The position numbers and the translations under genes are program-made. Shown one piece after another: positions 62,300 to 64,000 of a DNA stretch of 64,000 nucleotides. Source of the stretch: an uncultured Actinomycetes bacterium (GTDB lineage Bacteria > Actinomycetota > UBA4738 > JBBDHU01); NCBI GenBank assembly GCA_964640385.1, contig CAZXFL010000001.1, positions 81,609-145,608 on the forward strand. The letters run 5' to 3'. The notes under the pieces are model-generated. The model worked only from the letters and a program-made list of their open reading frames with translations, ran no database searches and was not told the DNA's origin. Position 1 is the first letter of the stretch, and each line of letters starts with the position of its first letter.

Positions 62300-63517
62300 T
62301 TATAGGAACCCTCGCGCGTTCCGGGGAGGGGGCGTACCCGAGCCCCGTTCGCGTCCCCGCTCCAGTAAGGTCGCCGGCATCGCTGCATCGCGCCCGAACC
62401 GCGCCTCGATCCGGTCGACAACCCGGTCCACATCGCCCCAGCGTTCGCCCCGGAGCAGGGCGAGCTGCTCGGCGCCGGCGGACACGAGGCCCGTCGCCGC
62501 CACCCCGATCAGCCGGATGCGCCGGCGGGCACCGGGCAGCGACCGGAACAGATCGGATGCCGCCGCGGAGATCTCGGAGCTCCCGTCGGTGGGAGCCGCG
62601 AGGGTCCGGGAACGGGTCAGCGTCGTGAAGTTCGCCAGACGCGCCTTCAGCGTGACCGTCCGGGCACGATAGCCGCCCTTGCGCAGACGCGAGGCGACCT
62701 TCCGCGAGAGCGCGAGGATCTCGCGCAGCAGTTCGGCTTCGTCGTCCAGGTCGTATTCGAATGTCTCCTCGTGGCTGAGGGATCTCGGCGCCTCGTAGGG
62801 CACGACGTCGCGCTCGTCGTCGCCGCGGGACAGCGCGAGCAGGTGCTCGGCTTGCGAGTCCCCTAGCAGCCGCGTCAGCACCGCCTTGGGGGTCTGCGCC
62901 AGTTCCTCGACCGTCCGCACGCCGAGCTTGGACAGCGCATCAACGGTCTTGGCCCCCGCCCCCCAGAGCGCGCCCACCGGCAGCGGCTCCAGGAACGCGT
63001 CCACACCGTCCGCGGGCACGTGCAGCAGCCCGTCGGGCTTGGCCTGCTCGGAGGCAAGTTTGGCCAGGAACTTGTTGGACGCGACCCCGACCGAGCACGT
63101 GATCCCGAGTTCGGTTTGCACCTCGGCCCGGATCTTCGCGCCGATCTCGACCGGCTGGCCGAACAGCTTCACCGCACCACCGACGTCCAGGAACGCCTCG
63201 TCCAGCGAGATCGGCTCGACGAGCGGCGTGTGCGCCATCAGGATCTCGCGGAACCGGTTCGAGTACGCGCGGTAGGACGTGAAGTCCGGCGCGATGAAGA
63301 CGGCGTCGGGACACAAGCGGCGCGCGCGGACGATGGGCATCGCCGAGTGGATCCCGAACTTCCGGGCTTCGTAGGACGCGGCGGAGACGACACCGCGCGT
63401 GCCGGTGCCGCCGACGACGACGGGCTTGCCCTCGAGCGACGGATCCTTGTGGATCTCGACGGACGCGTAGAACGCGTCGAGGTCCACATGTAGGATCGGT
63501 TCGGGTGGCCTAGCCAT
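62300..63517 (-). CDS. dinB: DNA polymerase IV
   Basis: HVDLDAFYASVE, ASYEAR, SLDEAFLD, NKFLAKLAS..KPDG, little-finger domain. Confidence 0.98.
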   Translation of the reverse strand: MARPPEPILHVDLDAFYASVEIHKDPSLEGKPVVVGGTGTRGVVSAASYEARKFGIHSAMPIVRARRLCPDAVFIAPDFTSYRAYSNRFREILMAHTPLVEPISLDEAFLDVGGAVKLFGQPVEIGAKIRAEVQTELGITCSVGVASNKFLAKLASEQAKPDGLLHVPADGVDAFLEPLPVGALWGAGAKTVDALSKLGVRTVEELAQTPKAVLTRLLGDSQAEHLLALSRGDDERDVVPYEAPRSLSHEETFEYDLDDEAELLREILALSRKVASRLRKGGYRARTVTLKARLANFTTLTRSRTLAAPTDGSSEISAAASDLFRSLPGARRRIRLIGVAATGLVSAGAEQLALLRGERWGDVDRVVDRIEARFGRDAAMPATLLERGRERGSGTPPPRNARGFL

Positions 63518-63998
63518 CGTTGCGCGATCGCATGCGCCGAACCGCCCGCAGGCCCAGCAACCCCACCAGGACCATCGCCACTCCGACGCCGATCAGGACG
63601 GCTTGTACCGCATCGGTGCTGAGCCCGGAAACGATGATCAAGAGCGATCCGACCAGCGCCATGAACTCCTGCAGCGAGAACAGCACCGCGGACACGCGGC
63701 CGCGTTCCTCTTCTTCGACGACGCGCTGGACCAGCGCCAACGCCGCCGGGAACATGTACGCGAGCCCGGCGCCCATGAAGGCGGCGCCGATGAAAGAAAG
63801 GGCGTAGATCGCCGGACCGGCGTAAAGCAGCAGGCCGATCCCGGACGTCGTGACGCCGGCGCCCACCAGGAGCAGCTCTTTTCCGGAAGCGTTCTTGAAC
63901 CTCGCGACGGCGATCGCTCCCAGGATCGCGCCGAACCCGTGAGCCGACCACAGGTACAGCACCGCCTCGTCGCCCTTTCCCAGCACGTAGCGGATGTA
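63510..63998 (-). CDS. MFS transporter, C-terminal part (runs off the window)
   Basis: multiple TM segments, Q..V....RGRV motif; frame open to window end. Confidence 0.8.
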   Translation of the reverse strand, partial: YIRYVLGKGDEAVLYLWSAHGFGAILGAIAVARFKNASGKELLLVGAGVTTSGIGLLLYAGPAIYALSFIGAAFMGAGLAYMFPAALALVQRVVEEEERGRVSAVLFSLQEFMALVGSLLIIVSGLSTDAVQAVLIGVGVAMVLVGLLGLRAVRRMRSRNDG

Positions 63999-64000
63999 GA

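Overview
High-GC window from an Actinomycetota chromosome, probably a deep-branching lineage (murB inside the dcw cluster, full-length T-box stem I). It is almost all core genome and mostly on the minus strand: gap-rapZ-uvrC, uvrA, uvrB, two ABC systems, coaE-rpsA-polA, efeU, tRNA-Leu(CAA), trpABC with a degenerate PriA/HisA, dnaE, rluA-lspA-dksA, T-box-ileS, the division/cell-wall cluster from divIVA to mraZ, an HNH nuclease, a McdR(Rv1830)-like MerR regulator, DUF3040 and dinB. I found no transposase, integrase, prophage or CRISPR array. The interesting signal is intergenic. (1) A ~105-nt rod-shaped plus-strand RNA candidate sits between the McdR-like gene and the HNH gene, behind a promoter carrying an exact AATnACA-N4-TGTnATT McdR box. 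(2) A stand-alone ~270-nt structured RNA (Ms1/6S-like architecture, GGA-rich) has its own near-consensus promoter and terminator. (3) An unannotated 38-aa membrane-protein ORF lies between mraZ and rsmH. (4) uvrB has a PafBC-type promoter and many genes look leaderless. (5) yvcK-whiA and the his operon are missing from their usual positions. All calls come from reading the sequence and recalling motifs; no searches or folding programs were run.
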